The notes beneath the pieces are model-generated. The model was not told the origin of the DNA, did not search any database, and saw nothing but the letters and a program-made list of their open reading frames with translations. From the NCBI GenBank assembly GCA_965649265.1, contig CBFGKC010000004.1, positions 150,738-214,737 on the forward strand: DNA of 64,000 nt, written 5' to 3'. Position 1 is the first letter of the stretch. Each line of letters starts with the position of its first letter. This document shows, piece after piece, positions 27,937 to 38,666 of this stretch. A program made the position numbers and the translations under genes. Source of the DNA: a candidate division WOR-3 bacterium. Its GTDB lineage: Bacteria; Hydrothermota; Tepidihabitantia; B3-TA06.

Positions 27937-30900
27937 GAAAGCCTCGCATAGGCGTGTTCGTCTGTCACTGCGGGCTCAATATCGCGGGAACCGTAGACGT
28001 GGAGCGTCTCGCTGAAGAAGCGCGAGGGATAGAGGGGGTGGTGTTCGCAAAGAGTTATATCTACATGTGTTCGGAGCCCGGGCAGGATCTCGTCGTCGAG
28101 ACTATCAGGAACGAGCACCTTGACGGCATAGTCGTCGCAAACTGCTCGCCTACTCTTCACGAGAAGACCTTCCGCAAAACAGGCCAGCGTGCGGGTCTCA
28201 ATCCATACCGCGTCGAGATAGCCAACATCCGCGAGCAGGTCTCCTGGCCACACCCCAAGGACAAGGAACAGGCCACCCGCAAGGCCTTGACTGTCGTCCG
28301 TGAAACGGTGCGCAAGCTCGCGCTCGACCGCAGCCTTGAACCCTTCCAGGTGCCGATTACCCATAAGGCGCTTGTCATCGGCGGCGGCGTAGCGGGTATT
28401 CAGGCGGCGCTCGATATCGCCGACGGCGGACACGAGGTATACCTCGTGGAGAAGCGTCCGACCATCGGCGGGAACATGCTCCAGCTTTCGGAGACGTTCC
28501 CGACGCTAGACTGCCCTCAGTGTATTATGACGCCAAAGATGACCGAAGCGGCCCAGCACCCCAACATCCATCTCCTTACGTATTCCGAAGTAGAGGAGGT
28601 CTCGGGCTACATCGGGAACTTCGACGTGAAGATTCGCCGCAAATCGCCTTACATAGACTGGTCCAAGTGCAACGGCTGTTCCGACTGCGCAAGGGTATGT
28701 CCGGTCGAGATGAAGTCGGAATGGGATCACGGGCTTTCAAGGCGCAAGGCCGCTTACAGGCCGTTCGCTCAGGCCGTGCCCAACAGGTTTACAATCGACA
28801 AATCAGACCAGGAGGCACCCTGCCGCGCCGCATGCCCGGTCCATCTGAACGCACACGGATACGTGGCGGCGACATCTGCAAAAGAATACGGGCAGGCGCT
28901 CTCCATTATCCGCGACGAGGCATCGTTCCCGTTTGCGGGTATCGCAGGTCGTATCTGCACGCACCCCTGCCAGCAGGCATGTTCCCGGAGTGAGGTTGAT
29001 TCAAAGCCCGTAACCATAAAGCACATAAAGCGCTGGCTCGCGGACTGGGAACTTCGCGAAAAGGGCGAGGCGGGCATGAGAGTCGAAATCGCAAAGCCGT
29101 CAGGTCAGAAGGTTGCGATAGTAGGGGCGGGTCCCGGAGGTCTTCAAGCGGCGGTCGATCTGGCAAAGGCCGGGCACGACGTTACGATCTTCGACGCACA
29201 AGACAGGCCGGGCGGAATGCTCTACTCAGGGATACCTTCTTTCCGGCTGCCCAAGGATGTGTTACAGAAAGAGTGTGAGCTGGTTTTCAAGCTCGGTGTC
29301 GGCTACAAGCCGAATACGACGATAGGCAAGGATATTGCGCTCAAGCAACTCACAAAAGAATTCGACGCGGTCTACCTCTCTGTAGGCGCGTACAAGGAAG
29401 GGAAGATGAACATCCCCGGCGAGGAACTCGAAGGCGTCGGAGGAGGAGTTCAATTCCTCGGCGCTCTTAACCGAGGCGATAAGCCGAAGGTTGGCAAGCG
29501 GGTCGCGGTCGTGGGCGGCGGAAACTCCGCGATGGATGCCGCGCGCTCGGCGCTCCGCATGGGGGCGGAAGTCACCGTTATCTACCGTCGTACCGAGAAG
29601 GAGATGCCTGCAATCGCGGATGAGGTTAAGGCAGCGAGTCAGGAGGGGGTAAAATTCATGCTTCTGGCCAATCCCGTTCGTTTTATCGGCGAAAACGGCA
29701 GACTCAAATCCGTAGAGGTAATCCACATGGAACTCGGCGAGCCCGATTCTTCCGGCAGGCGCCGTCCGGTTCCGGTGGAGGGTTCGGAAGAGATTCTCGA
29801 GTTCGACAACGTCTTCCTTGCTGTCGGCGAAAAGCCGGAGCTTTCCTTTATCACCCCGGATGACGGAATCTCCCTGACATCATGGGGAACCATAGCCGTC
29901 GATGGAGAAATCCTCATCACCTCCAATCCCAAGGTTTTCGCCGGCGGCGACTGCGTCACCGGGCCCGCGACATTCATCGACGCCGCAGGTGCCGGCCGCA
30001 AGGCCGCGCGTTCGATAAACCTAATGCTCGAAGGCAAGGATTTCGCAAGCAACCGTGCCAACGAACTATCCCGTAAGTCCGACCTCATAGGTGATAAGGA
30101 CCTCGCATCTTCCACTATCCTCAAACATATGCCGGAGCTTTCCGTCGAAGATCGCGTCTCCAACTTCAAGGAAGTCGAACTCGGTTACTGTGAAGAAGAT
30201 ATCGTCGAGCAGGCCAAACGCTGCATCCACTGCGGCGGATGTTCCGAATGCCGTCTCTGTGAGATAGCGTGCGAACCCAAGGCGGTCGCGCATTCGCTCA
30301 AGCACTGGACTGAAGAAGTCAATGTCGGCGCAATCGTCGTGGCGACCGGTTTCGAACTCATGCCGCTCGAACGCATGCCCGAATACGGAGGCGGCAAGTT
30401 CGCCAACGTCATCGACGCCATGCAGTTCGAGAGAATCCTATGCGCGTCCGGACCGACCGCGGGCGAGGTGCGCCGACCGTCTGACGGCAAGGTACCAAAG
30501 AAGATTGCGTTCATTCACTGCGCGGGCTCTCGCGATCCCGAGCACGGGGTAGCTTACTGCTCCCGTGTTTGCTGCATGTATTCGATCAAGCAGGCAATGC
30601 TTTACAAGCATACCGTTCACGACGGAGACGCCTACCTCTTCTACATAGACATCCGCTCAAACGGAAAGCGCTACGAGGAGTTCTACGCACGAACGATGCA
30701 GGAAGAACACGCGACGTTCATACGCGGCAAGGTCTCCCGGCTCTACGAACAGAATGGTGTGGTTACCGTCTACGCCGAGGATACGCTTACAGGTCAGCCT
30801 GTTACGCTTGACGCCGATCTGGTGGTCGTCGCTCCAGCGATGCTTCCTTCAACCGCCGTCCAGGAACTCGCGTCCAAGCTGCGTCTCGCGACGGACGAGT

Positions 30901-31313
30901 ACGGCTGGATTTCGGAAGCGCATCCCAAGCTGCGCGCGGTCGAAACGCTGACAGGCGGCATATTCGTCGCGGGCGTGACGCAGTTTCCGAAGGATATTAC
31001 CGATACGGTCTCGCAAGCCTCTGGTGCAGCCGGAAAGGTCCTTGCCATGCTTTCGAGAGAAACGCTCGAACGCGAGCCCTTAATCGCGGAAGTCGACCAG
31101 GATATCTGCACGGGCTGCGGCATATGCGAGGCTATTTGTCCGTACGAGGCGCCCAAGGTCGATCCGATCAAGAAAAAGGCGAAGGTCAACGAAGCCCTTT
31201 GCGAGGGCTGCGGCGCGTGTGCGGCGGCATGTCCGTCACACTCAGTGAGGCTGCGCAACGCCACGAGAACACAGCTTTTCGCCATGATAGACGAGGCAAC
31301 GAGGAATTACTGA
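27933..31313 (+). CDS. hdrA: HdrA with inserted GltD/NfnB-like NAD(P)H-flavin module (HdrL-like)
   Basis: VFVCHCGLNI, GGGVAG, TFPTLDC, inserted PCRAACP..GAGPGG..GGGNSAMD..AGGD, CSRVCC, terminal ferredoxin. Confidence 0.9.
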   Translation: MRKPRIGVFVCHCGLNIAGTVDVERLAEEARGIEGVVFAKSYIYMCSEPGQDLVVETIRNEHLDGIVVANCSPTLHEKTFRKTGQRAGLNPYRVEIANIREQVSWPHPKDKEQATRKALTVVRETVRKLALDRSLEPFQVPITHKALVIGGGVAGIQAALDIADGGHEVYLVEKRPTIGGNMLQLSETFPTLDCPQCIMTPKMTEAAQHPNIHLLTYSEVEEVSGYIGNFDVKIRRKSPYIDWSKCNGCSDCARVCPVEMKSEWDHGLSRRKAAYRPFAQAVPNRFTIDKSDQEAPCRAACPVHLNAHGYVAATSAKEYGQALSIIRDEASFPFAGIAGRICTHPCQQACSRSEVDSKPVTIKHIKRWLADWELREKGEAGMRVEIAKPSGQKVAIVGAGPGGLQAAVDLAKAGHDVTIFDAQDRPGGMLYSGIPSFRLPKDVLQKECELVFKLGVGYKPNTTIGKDIALKQLTKEFDAVYLSVGAYKEGKMNIPGEELEGVGGGVQFLGALNRGDKPKVGKRVAVVGGGNSAMDAARSALRMGAEVTVIYRRTEKEMPAIADEVKAASQEGVKFMLLANPVRFIGENGRLKSVEVIHMELGEPDSSGRRRPVPVEGSEEILEFDNVFLAVGEKPELSFITPDDGISLTSWGTIAVDGEILITSNPKVFAGGDCVTGPATFIDAAGAGRKAARSINLMLEGKDFASNRANELSRKSDLIGDKDLASSTILKHMPELSVEDRVSNFKEVELGYCEEDIVEQAKRCIHCGGCSECRLCEIACEPKAVAHSLKHWTEEVNVGAIVVATGFELMPLERMPEYGGGKFANVIDAMQFERILCASGPTAGEVRRPSDGKVPKKIAFIHCAGSRDPEHGVAYCSRVCCMYSIKQAMLYKHTVHDGDAYLFYIDIRSNGKRYEEFYARTMQEEHATFIRGKVSRLYEQNGVVTVYAEDTLTGQPVTLDADLVVVAPAMLPSTAVQELASKLRLATDEYGWISEAHPKLRAVETLTGGIFVAGVTQFPKDITDTVSQASGAAGKVLAMLSRETLEREPLIAEVDQDICTGCGICEAICPYEAPKVDPIKKKAKVNEALCEGCGACAAACPSHSVRLRNATRTQLFAMIDEATRNY

Positions 31314-34309
31314 TGGCTGGTCACAAGAAATTCGAAAAACACGTCGTCGTACTCGGTGGCGGGGCTGCTGGAATAGCTTCGGCGCTCGCGCTTAACGACT
31401 TGGGATTCAAGGTCTCTCTAGTGGACAAGGGTTCCCATCTTCTCGGCACAATCGGACAATTGGACAAGCAGTTTCCCAACGACGCATGCGGCTTTTGCCA
31501 GCTCAAATCGAGAGTGGAGCCTGGTTCCGCCGAACTCTGTCTGCGGAGGGATCTGGGGGCGGAAGGTCTCGATATTTACAACCTCTCAACACTCTGGAGC
31601 GCTGAGAATAAGCCTGACGGCAGTCTTAAGCTTTCGTTCAATCAGGAGCCTTCGTTCATCAAACCCGAACTATGCGTGCGCTGCCGCAAATGCGAAGAGG
31701 TGTGTCCCGTTGAAGTTCCTGACGAGTTCAATCTTCTCGGAACCCGCAAGGCCGCCTATACCCGTTATCCTATGGCCGTTCCCTCCACCTGGGTAATCGA
31801 TCAGGAGGCCTGCACACGCTGCGGTGAGTGTGTAAAGGCCTGTCCCACTGCGGCCATAGATCTCGACATGAAACCGATCGAGAGAACTCTTGAAGCCGAT
31901 GCCGTGGTCATTTCAACAGGTTTCTCGCTCATAGATCCGTCCTACCTCACCGAATTCGGCGTACGGTTCCCGAACGTCGTGACGAGCCTTGAACTCGAAA
32001 GACTGCTTTCAAATTATGGTCCTACCCAGGGAGATCTGAAACGTCCTTCCGACGGTATGACCCCGAAGCGTGTTGCTTTCATTTTCTGCGTTGGCTCCCG
32101 AGACAGGGTTCACCCTTACTGCTCGGCCGCCTGCTGCATGTACGGTGCAAAGGAGGCGCGGCTCTTGAAGGAGCGCTATCCCTCCAGCGAGATAACCATA
32201 TTCTTCATGGACCGCCGTGACTTCGGTAAGCCTTACTATTCATATATGGAGGAGGTACCCGGAGACGTTCGCTGGGTTGCATCCAGGCCGGCAAAGGTCG
32301 AGGAAACGACGGGCAATAATCTTCTCGTTCGCTACGAATCCGAGGAAGGCAAAATCACAAAAGAAGAATTCGACCTTGTAACCCTCGTCGTCGGACAGGA
32401 GGGGAGGGGTGCCGATATCGCCGGTGTTTTCGGGCTCCAGACCGATCAGGGATTCATCAAACTGAACAAGGGCTCCGATATAGCAACATCCAATCCCAGA
32501 ATCTTCGTCGTCGGATCCTCCGGGGGACCTAAGGATCTGCCGGATTCGATTGCGGAAGCTCAAGCCGCTGCAGGCCGCATTGCATCAATTCTAGGCATCG
32601 GAAAAGCTGCTGTGAATGGTGCGAAATCTGTTGAAGATATTCCAAGTGTAGGCATCGTTTTCGACACAGTTGCAGAAAATGCCGCTTTCCCCGATCGGGA
32701 TTCAATCAAGACTTTCTTTAAAGAGAAAGGAATCGAGACGAACTTTATCGAGTTTACTGAAACCCCCCGGGGGTTGGATGAACTCGAAGGCTTTATCAAA
32801 GAAAAGCAACTGACACGTCTGGTGCTTGCCGGTCCTTCTCCAAACAAGGCGGAACGGCTGGTCAAGGAGAGGGTAATGAGGCTCGGATGGCATCCGGCGC
32901 AGCTTGAGTATCTCGATTTCCGCGAGCCCTTAATATGGGGTTTCTCGGATAAATCGAAAACCCAGAATGTCGCTCTCACATTAGCTCTTGCCCATGCCGA
33001 AAAACTCAGACTGCTGAGTTTTGACCTTAGAGAGCCTGTTCAACCGATAGGAAGTGCCGCGATAGTCGGGGCAGGCGCCGCGGGTCTGTGGGCTGCAAAG
33101 CTCCTCAAGGAATCGGGAATCCATGTCACCTTGATTGAAAAAACACAAAAGCCGGGCGGGCATGCCCTGAATATGGCAAGGACGCTGGAAGGATTCGATC
33201 CCAAGCCGTTCATCAAGGATTTGCTGGATGATGTCGGTAAATCCCCAAAGATCGAGCTGCTTTTAAATACGGACCTGGTTTCGGTGGATGGGGAACTGGG
33301 GAAATTCTCCCTTAAACTTCGCAGGGGCGAAGAGGAGATCGTCCGTGGCGCATCAGTCGTTTTCTTCACGACAGGTGCGTCCGAGTACGAACCGCAAAAT
33401 AGCGAGTTTGGATGGGAGCTTGAGGGTGTCGTTGGTGAAAAAGATTTCTCACAGGTTCTTGAAAGGGACGAGGCGGGCGCGTTAAAGTCGGTCGTCATGA
33501 TTCAATGCGTGGGTTCACGTTCACAAGCTCATCCTTACTGCTCTCGGGTGTGCTGCAGAAGAGCGCTGTCAAATGCAATCCTTCTTAAAGAAAAAGATCC
33601 AAGGACAGAGATCACCATAATCGCTCGTGATGTAATGAGCTGGGGATTGTCCGAACTCTACTACACAAAGGCAAGGGAGATGGGTGTAAATTTCATTCGC
33701 TACAACAAGGATGCTCCGCCAGAGGTCTCAAGAAACGGTGAAGGACTCATTGTAAAAGTATATGACAGACTGCTCGATTCGACCGTCGAACTCAAGACAG
33801 ACAGAGTCGTGCTGGCGCGTGGAATTCGACCTCAATTCCCCCGGATTTTCTTCAACGGCAATCTCCTTAAACCGGAAGTGTTCGGATTCTTTAAGGAGGC
33901 TAATCCGAAGTTCAGGCCGACGGAACTCGAAATGGACGGTTTGTTCGTCGCGGGTTTGGCAAAGGGACCAAAGCAAATCCCCGAGGCTCTAACCGAGGCT
34001 TCGGCAGCAGTGGCTAAGGCACTCGTTTTCCTCAGGCGTGAGAAGTTATCGCCGAAGTTTTATATCGCGCGTACTAACGAGCGCCGCTGCGCTTACTGCG
34101 GCATTTGCATCGAAGCATGCCCGAACAAGGCAAGGATTATGGATGACGATTTGGGAACGGCGCGAGTGATTGAAAGTATCTGCCAGGGATGCGGTTTGTG
34201 CGCTTCGGCATGTCCGTCGGAAGCGGCACATCTTACGACACTGGAAAGTGATCAGACATTTAGAATGATTGACGTTTTACTCACCCAAAATGAAAGGGGT
34301 CGAGAATGA
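31313..34309 (+). CDS. hdrA: Second, internally duplicated HdrA-like flavoprotein
   Basis: GGGAAG, QFPNDAC, CSAACC and CSRVCC, second GAGAAG, ferredoxin motifs; start reassigned to the TGATG overlap. Confidence 0.85.
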   Translation: MAGHKKFEKHVVVLGGGAAGIASALALNDLGFKVSLVDKGSHLLGTIGQLDKQFPNDACGFCQLKSRVEPGSAELCLRRDLGAEGLDIYNLSTLWSAENKPDGSLKLSFNQEPSFIKPELCVRCRKCEEVCPVEVPDEFNLLGTRKAAYTRYPMAVPSTWVIDQEACTRCGECVKACPTAAIDLDMKPIERTLEADAVVISTGFSLIDPSYLTEFGVRFPNVVTSLELERLLSNYGPTQGDLKRPSDGMTPKRVAFIFCVGSRDRVHPYCSAACCMYGAKEARLLKERYPSSEITIFFMDRRDFGKPYYSYMEEVPGDVRWVASRPAKVEETTGNNLLVRYESEEGKITKEEFDLVTLVVGQEGRGADIAGVFGLQTDQGFIKLNKGSDIATSNPRIFVVGSSGGPKDLPDSIAEAQAAAGRIASILGIGKAAVNGAKSVEDIPSVGIVFDTVAENAAFPDRDSIKTFFKEKGIETNFIEFTETPRGLDELEGFIKEKQLTRLVLAGPSPNKAERLVKERVMRLGWHPAQLEYLDFREPLIWGFSDKSKTQNVALTLALAHAEKLRLLSFDLREPVQPIGSAAIVGAGAAGLWAAKLLKESGIHVTLIEKTQKPGGHALNMARTLEGFDPKPFIKDLLDDVGKSPKIELLLNTDLVSVDGELGKFSLKLRRGEEEIVRGASVVFFTTGASEYEPQNSEFGWELEGVVGEKDFSQVLERDEAGALKSVVMIQCVGSRSQAHPYCSRVCCRRALSNAILLKEKDPRTEITIIARDVMSWGLSELYYTKAREMGVNFIRYNKDAPPEVSRNGEGLIVKVYDRLLDSTVELKTDRVVLARGIRPQFPRIFFNGNLLKPEVFGFFKEANPKFRPTELEMDGLFVAGLAKGPKQIPEALTEASAAVAKALVFLRREKLSPKFYIARTNERRCAYCGICIEACPNKARIMDDDLGTARVIESICQGCGLCASACPSEAAHLTTLESDQTFRMIDVLLTQNERGRE

Positions 34310-34737
34310 ATGCTCAAATAAAATTTGAACCCAAGATTGTAGGTTTCTTTTGTAACTGGTGCACCTCGGCGGCGGCCGATCTTGCGGGTACCTCCCGGCT
34401 CGAATATCCCGCCAACGTCAGACCCATCCGGGTGATGTGCTCGGGTTCGGTCGACACAAGCTACATCATCAAGGCTCTCCTCGAAGGTGCAGACGGAGTG
34501 CTCATGGGCGGCTGTCATCCGGGCGACTGCCACTACGTCAACGGAAACTACAAAGCACGCCGCAGGGTGGCGCTTCTGAAGTCAATTATGTCCACCCTCG
34601 ACCTCGAGCCCGATCGCGTCTGGCTCAGGTGGATCTCGGCGTCCGAGGGTGCGCGTTTCGCAAAAATCGTCACGAAGATGACCGAAGAACTCGAATCGAA
34701 GGGCCCTAATCCTATGGGGCGGACCTCGCAGACGTAG
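34306..34737 (+). CDS. mvhD: MvhD/FlxD-type [2Fe-2S] subunit
   Basis: FCNWC, IRVMCSG, GCHPGDCHY, WISASEG. Confidence 0.92.
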   Translation: MNAQIKFEPKIVGFFCNWCTSAAADLAGTSRLEYPANVRPIRVMCSGSVDTSYIIKALLEGADGVLMGGCHPGDCHYVNGNYKARRRVALLKSIMSTLDLEPDRVWLRWISASEGARFAKIVTKMTEELESKGPNPMGRTSQT

Positions 34738-34745
34738 GAGCGGAG

Positions 34746-35843
34746 ATGATCGGAATCTACAAAAAGAACATGAATCCAGACGAGGCTGTAAGGGCTTTAT
34801 TCGCTGAGCTGTTCGATTCAGGAGCCATCGATTTCGCCTTGCTTCCGGCGAGAAAAGCCGGGATGAATCAGATATTTCCCGCCCTCGTAGGGGAAAAGGA
34901 TTCCCTGAACGAGGTTTATCCCCTTGCTCCGGTTATGCCGTTGTCGACCGCGGTGCAGCTTTCAAAGATCACTCGCTTCGCGTCGCCCCAAAAGAAGCTC
35001 GCAGTGCTACTTAAACCATGCGAGTCTCGCGCGGCGGTCGAGCTCGTAAAGCTTCGTCAGATCAATCTCGATAACGTCCTCCTTGTTACTCGTGACTGCC
35101 CTGGGACGGTAAAGCCTGATACTTTCGAATCGAAAATCAAGAGTACCGATCTACCCGTATTCGGCGATTTCGAAGAGGAAGAGCTTCGACCTAATTGCCT
35201 GATGTGCGAGTATCCTGTTGCGCCTGTGTCTGATATCAACATCGGTACAATAGGAGTGGAAGGTGTGATACTTGAAGCTTGCTCTGAGAAAGGCGAGGAA
35301 GCGCTCAAGGGCATCAAATTCGAATCCGAACTTTCCGATCGCTCTGCACGCGATAATGCGGTCACCTCCTTAAAAGAAAAACGCACCGCTTATGCGGAAA
35401 AAGCACTTGCCGACCTTCGTAAAGACGTCTCAGGTATTGACAGTCTTCTCAAGACTTTTGCGAAATGCGTCAACTGTCATAACTGCAGGACGATGTGCCC
35501 CGTGTGCTACTGCAACGAATGCTTCTTCGACTCGGCGACGTTCCATTTCGAAGGCCAGCGTTATGAGGAATGGACCGCCCGCAAAGGCTTGCTGCAGATG
35601 CCCCGTGACGAGATGCTTTTCCATATCGGACGTATGAATCACATAGGTCTTTCGTGCGTGGCCTGCGGCATGTGTGAACAGGCTTGCCCGCACGATATTC
35701 CTGTGGGTCAGGTTTTCACACTCATAAGCCGGACCGCACAGAAGGAGCTTGATATTCACGCGGGTCTTTCGCTTTCCGATCCGCTTCCATCAGCAACTTA
35801 CAGGGAAGAGGAGTTTTGTGATATGGGCGAGGAGAAAGCATGA
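34746..35843 (+). CDS. FdhB/FrhB-like iron-sulfur protein
   Basis: KPCESRA, CVNCHNCRTMCPVCYCNEC, CVACGMCEQACP. Confidence 0.8.
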   Translation: MIGIYKKNMNPDEAVRALFAELFDSGAIDFALLPARKAGMNQIFPALVGEKDSLNEVYPLAPVMPLSTAVQLSKITRFASPQKKLAVLLKPCESRAAVELVKLRQINLDNVLLVTRDCPGTVKPDTFESKIKSTDLPVFGDFEEEELRPNCLMCEYPVAPVSDINIGTIGVEGVILEACSEKGEEALKGIKFESELSDRSARDNAVTSLKEKRTAYAEKALADLRKDVSGIDSLLKTFAKCVNCHNCRTMCPVCYCNECFFDSATFHFEGQRYEEWTARKGLLQMPRDEMLFHIGRMNHIGLSCVACGMCEQACPHDIPVGQVFTLISRTAQKELDIHAGLSLSDPLPSATYREEEFCDMGEEKA

Positions 35844-36307
35844 AAACAAAAATTTTACTTCCACTTTTCTTTTTATCCATGGTTTTCATGGGCTGTCCGA
35901 ACACCAACAACCTTAAGCCCCTGACACCGATCGCATCCATACCCACAGGAGGCCTGCAGTACAATGAACCAGGTGGAATGGTTTTCCGTGACGCTTCAAG
36001 CTGGCAGTCTTTTTGGAAGAACTACTGCATGGTTGTCGACGATAAGGGAAATAAGACCGCCGCACCCGATGTTGACTTTTCAAGTCAAATGCTCATAGGG
36101 GTATTTTCGGGTCGCAAACCCACGGCCGGTTACTCTATCGCCATTGAAAAAATTCTTGAAGGTACTAAATCAATTCAAGTCGAATATTCCGAAAAGCAAC
36201 CATCTCCTGAATCGATGGTGGCAATGGTTATCACTTACCCCTGCCAGATAGTTTCGGTTCCCCGATCTGATAAGACCGTCGAATTCAAGAAACTCGAAGG
36301 TAAGTAA
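35840..36307 (+). CDS. Lipoprotein with PrcB C-terminal domain
   Basis: Lipobox FMGC, PDVDFS, KPTAGYSI, VITYP. Confidence 0.8.
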   Translation: MKTKILLPLFFLSMVFMGCPNTNNLKPLTPIASIPTGGLQYNEPGGMVFRDASSWQSFWKNYCMVVDDKGNKTAAPDVDFSSQMLIGVFSGRKPTAGYSIAIEKILEGTKSIQVEYSEKQPSPESMVAMVITYPCQIVSVPRSDKTVEFKKLEGK

Positions 36308-36514
36308 TAAAACCATAGGTTAAAATTTCTCTCGTTCCGTCTCGTATAATCACTGGGGGGGGGTAAGACCCAAATCTGGGCTTCGGAAATCAGAATCGCG
36401 CAAGACAATGTTATGAATTTTTTTCAGAGTACATGGTCGTTCAGATTCTCCATCGTGCCGAGAATGTTTATTACACCCTGAACGTTTAAATTGTAAAAAT
36501 GAACCTTGTCGGAC

Positions 36515-37399
36515 TCAGGTTCTCGACCTGAAGCCCTTGCCGAGAACCTCGTAGACGTCCGAGATGACCACGAATGCCTTGGGATCGATCTGCTTGACTA
36601 TCTCCTTCAGCGTATCAATTTCCCTGCGGGTCAGGACCACGTAGAGAACCTCGCGTTCCTGTCCTGAGAAATGCGAGTGTCCCTTGAGTGCCGTGACACC
36701 CCTGCGCATCTCGAGCGATATTGCCCAGGAGACTTCATCCGGCTTGTAGGTGATTATGTGCGCGGCCCTGGCGTAACTGATGCCCTCGAGCACCAGATCA
36801 ATAACCTTGGAGTTAATTATGAGTGAAAGGAACCCGTAGAGAGGTGCCTCTATATTGCCGAAGACGACCACACCCGTTGCTATCACTAAAATATCGAAAA
36901 TGAGAATCCAGCCGCCGACCGAGATGTTCGTCTTTTTGCTGAGAACCTGACCGATGATGTCCGTGCCTCCGGTGGAACCGTGTCCGCGAAAGACGATTCC
37001 CAGACCCACCCCCAGAATGGCTCCGCCGTATGCGGCGCCGAGGATCGTATTGTCGGTAATCGACGGGAGATGAAGAACGTCGCCGAAAAGAAAGATGAAG
37101 CCTGAAGTAGCAAGAATGCCTGCAAGGCTCTTTATACCGTACCGGAACCCAAGATTCTTTATCCCCAAAATAAAGATTGGAATATTCAGCACCATATAGA
37201 AGATGGACACAGACCACTTAGTAACGTAATTCAGGATAATGGATATGCCGCCCACGCCTCCCGATACTATGTGGTGAGGGATCAAAAACATCACGTAGGC
37301 GATTCCGCATACAGCGGTACCTAAAAGGATCAGACCGGCGTCCAGAAGCTCCTTTCTCCAGTCCAGTTTGAGAACGAATTGCCTGGGGTTTTTCATCAT
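36515..37399 (-). CDS. YitT family membrane protein
   Basis: SGGVGG, NIPIF, GSTGGTDII, RGVT, IDPKAFV. Confidence 0.9.
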   Translation of the reverse strand: MMKNPRQFVLKLDWRKELLDAGLILLGTAVCGIAYVMFLIPHHIVSGGVGGISIILNYVTKWSVSIFYMVLNIPIFILGIKNLGFRYGIKSLAGILATSGFIFLFGDVLHLPSITDNTILGAAYGGAILGVGLGIVFRGHGSTGGTDIIGQVLSKKTNISVGGWILIFDILVIATGVVVFGNIEAPLYGFLSLIINSKVIDLVLEGISYARAAHIITYKPDEVSWAISLEMRRGVTALKGHSHFSGQEREVLYVVLTRREIDTLKEIVKQIDPKAFVVISDVYEVLGKGFRSRT

Positions 37400-37535
37400 A
37401 GCGAATTCTACTAAGCTAAATAGTTCCAGTCAACCTGAACTCTTTTTATCGTTCCTTGTTCTCTTTGTCGACCGACCTCTTGACAACGTCGTGCTCGTGC
37501 GTATCTTTAATTAATACCTTATCTAAGGAGGAGCT

Positions 37536-38666
37536 ATGCGCAAATCGAACATCCTTTTTATCTTGGGCGTGTTGGGAATCGCGTTCCTTGCAAGCTGCGG
37601 CCCCCCGGGGAATTTCGGCAAGGAAACAATGGTTACAATCTCCGGAAAGTATGTAGACGAAATCGGCCAGCCGCTTCCAAATCACAAAATAGGCATGTGG
37701 ATCCTCAGCCTTACAGGCATATACCAGGAGAACTACTGGTATCCGGCGCCGACCAATTTCGTCTACACATATGAGGACGGCACGTTCGAATTCAGGCTCA
37801 AGGGCGAGAACTTCCTCTGGGCAAACGGCACATCCAAGTACATCATAATCGCGAACCTCGACTCGCTCGAGAACCCGGTTACCTCTATGGGGTTCTTCGT
37901 AATAGACTCGATCAATGATCTTCCGGACGCCAAACTCTGGAAAGCCAATGTGGCACAGGCGCTGTCGTCAGACACCGCGAGCGCCGTTTTTACCTGGAAC
38001 TCGGTAAAGGACGTGGCGGGGTCAGAACCACCCAAGAACTACGGTTTCAGCAGTCGGGTCGTGTACTGGGATCTCTGGCACGAGAACGAAATAACGTCCG
38101 GTTTCAGCCTGCCGACCTACATCTTCCAGAATATGTGCACGGGCTGGCGAATCAAGGCCGATTTTCCCCGCGCCAATGATAATGAAATGGACGTAAGCTA
38201 CATGAGCGAAACCTACGCCGAGCAAGGGAATGCAAACCTTCTTCCTGACATCTCGACAACCGTCTTGTCAAAAGGTAAGAGCGCGTTCGCGGCCGGGCAC
38301 GCCGATACCAACTACTCAAAGCTCACGAATCAGGTCTGGCACGAGTGGGAAGCGTTCAACAACACCTATCCGGCATGGGTAATGCTCGACCTTGGAGAAT
38401 CAAAAAGCGTTTCGGCCGCAGCCGTGTACGGTCTCGTCACCAATTACGCCAACGCGAACAACAAGACCTTTGAAAACTTCGAGGTATACGTCTCGGATGA
38501 TACCACCAGCTGGGGCGCCGCCGTATCCACAAACGATATGGAGTCAGGATATCTTCGGTTCGAGTTCACAGCTAAGCAGGGACGTTACGTTAAATTCCAG
38601 GCCGACAGCGGCTCCAACATCCGCATAGCCTGGATCCGGGAGTTTACGGCTTTCGGCCCCCCGTAA
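37536..38666 (+). CDS. Lipoprotein with C-terminal discoidin/F5-F8-like domain
   Basis: Lipobox LASC; WVMLDLG, FEVYVSDD..W, GRYVKF, IREF. Confidence 0.75.
   Translation: MRKSNILFILGVLGIAFLASCGPPGNFGKETMVTISGKYVDEIGQPLPNHKIGMWILSLTGIYQENYWYPAPTNFVYTYEDGTFEFRLKGENFLWANGTSKYIIIANLDSLENPVTSMGFFVIDSINDLPDAKLWKANVAQALSSDTASAVFTWNSVKDVAGSEPPKNYGFSSRVVYWDLWHENEITSGFSLPTYIFQNMCTGWRIKADFPRANDNEMDVSYMSETYAEQGNANLLPDISTTVLSKGKSAFAAGHADTNYSKLTNQVWHEWEAFNNTYPAWVMLDLGESKSVSAAAVYGLVTNYANANNKTFENFEVYVSDDTTSWGAAVSTNDMESGYLRFEFTAKQGRYVKFQADSGSNIRIAWIREFTAFGPP

Noticed and set aside
31124-31312. N-terminal extensions in the ORF track (second hdrA, also lptA 42549, deacetylase 53285, epimerase 50972)
   Set aside because: They overlap upstream genes; better starts exist at stop/start overlaps or after SD sites
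26639-35843. Selenocysteine recoding in Hdr/MvhD or the thiol proteins
   Set aside because: All expected Cys positions are Cys codons; the TGA stops coincide with normal ends and downstream start overlaps
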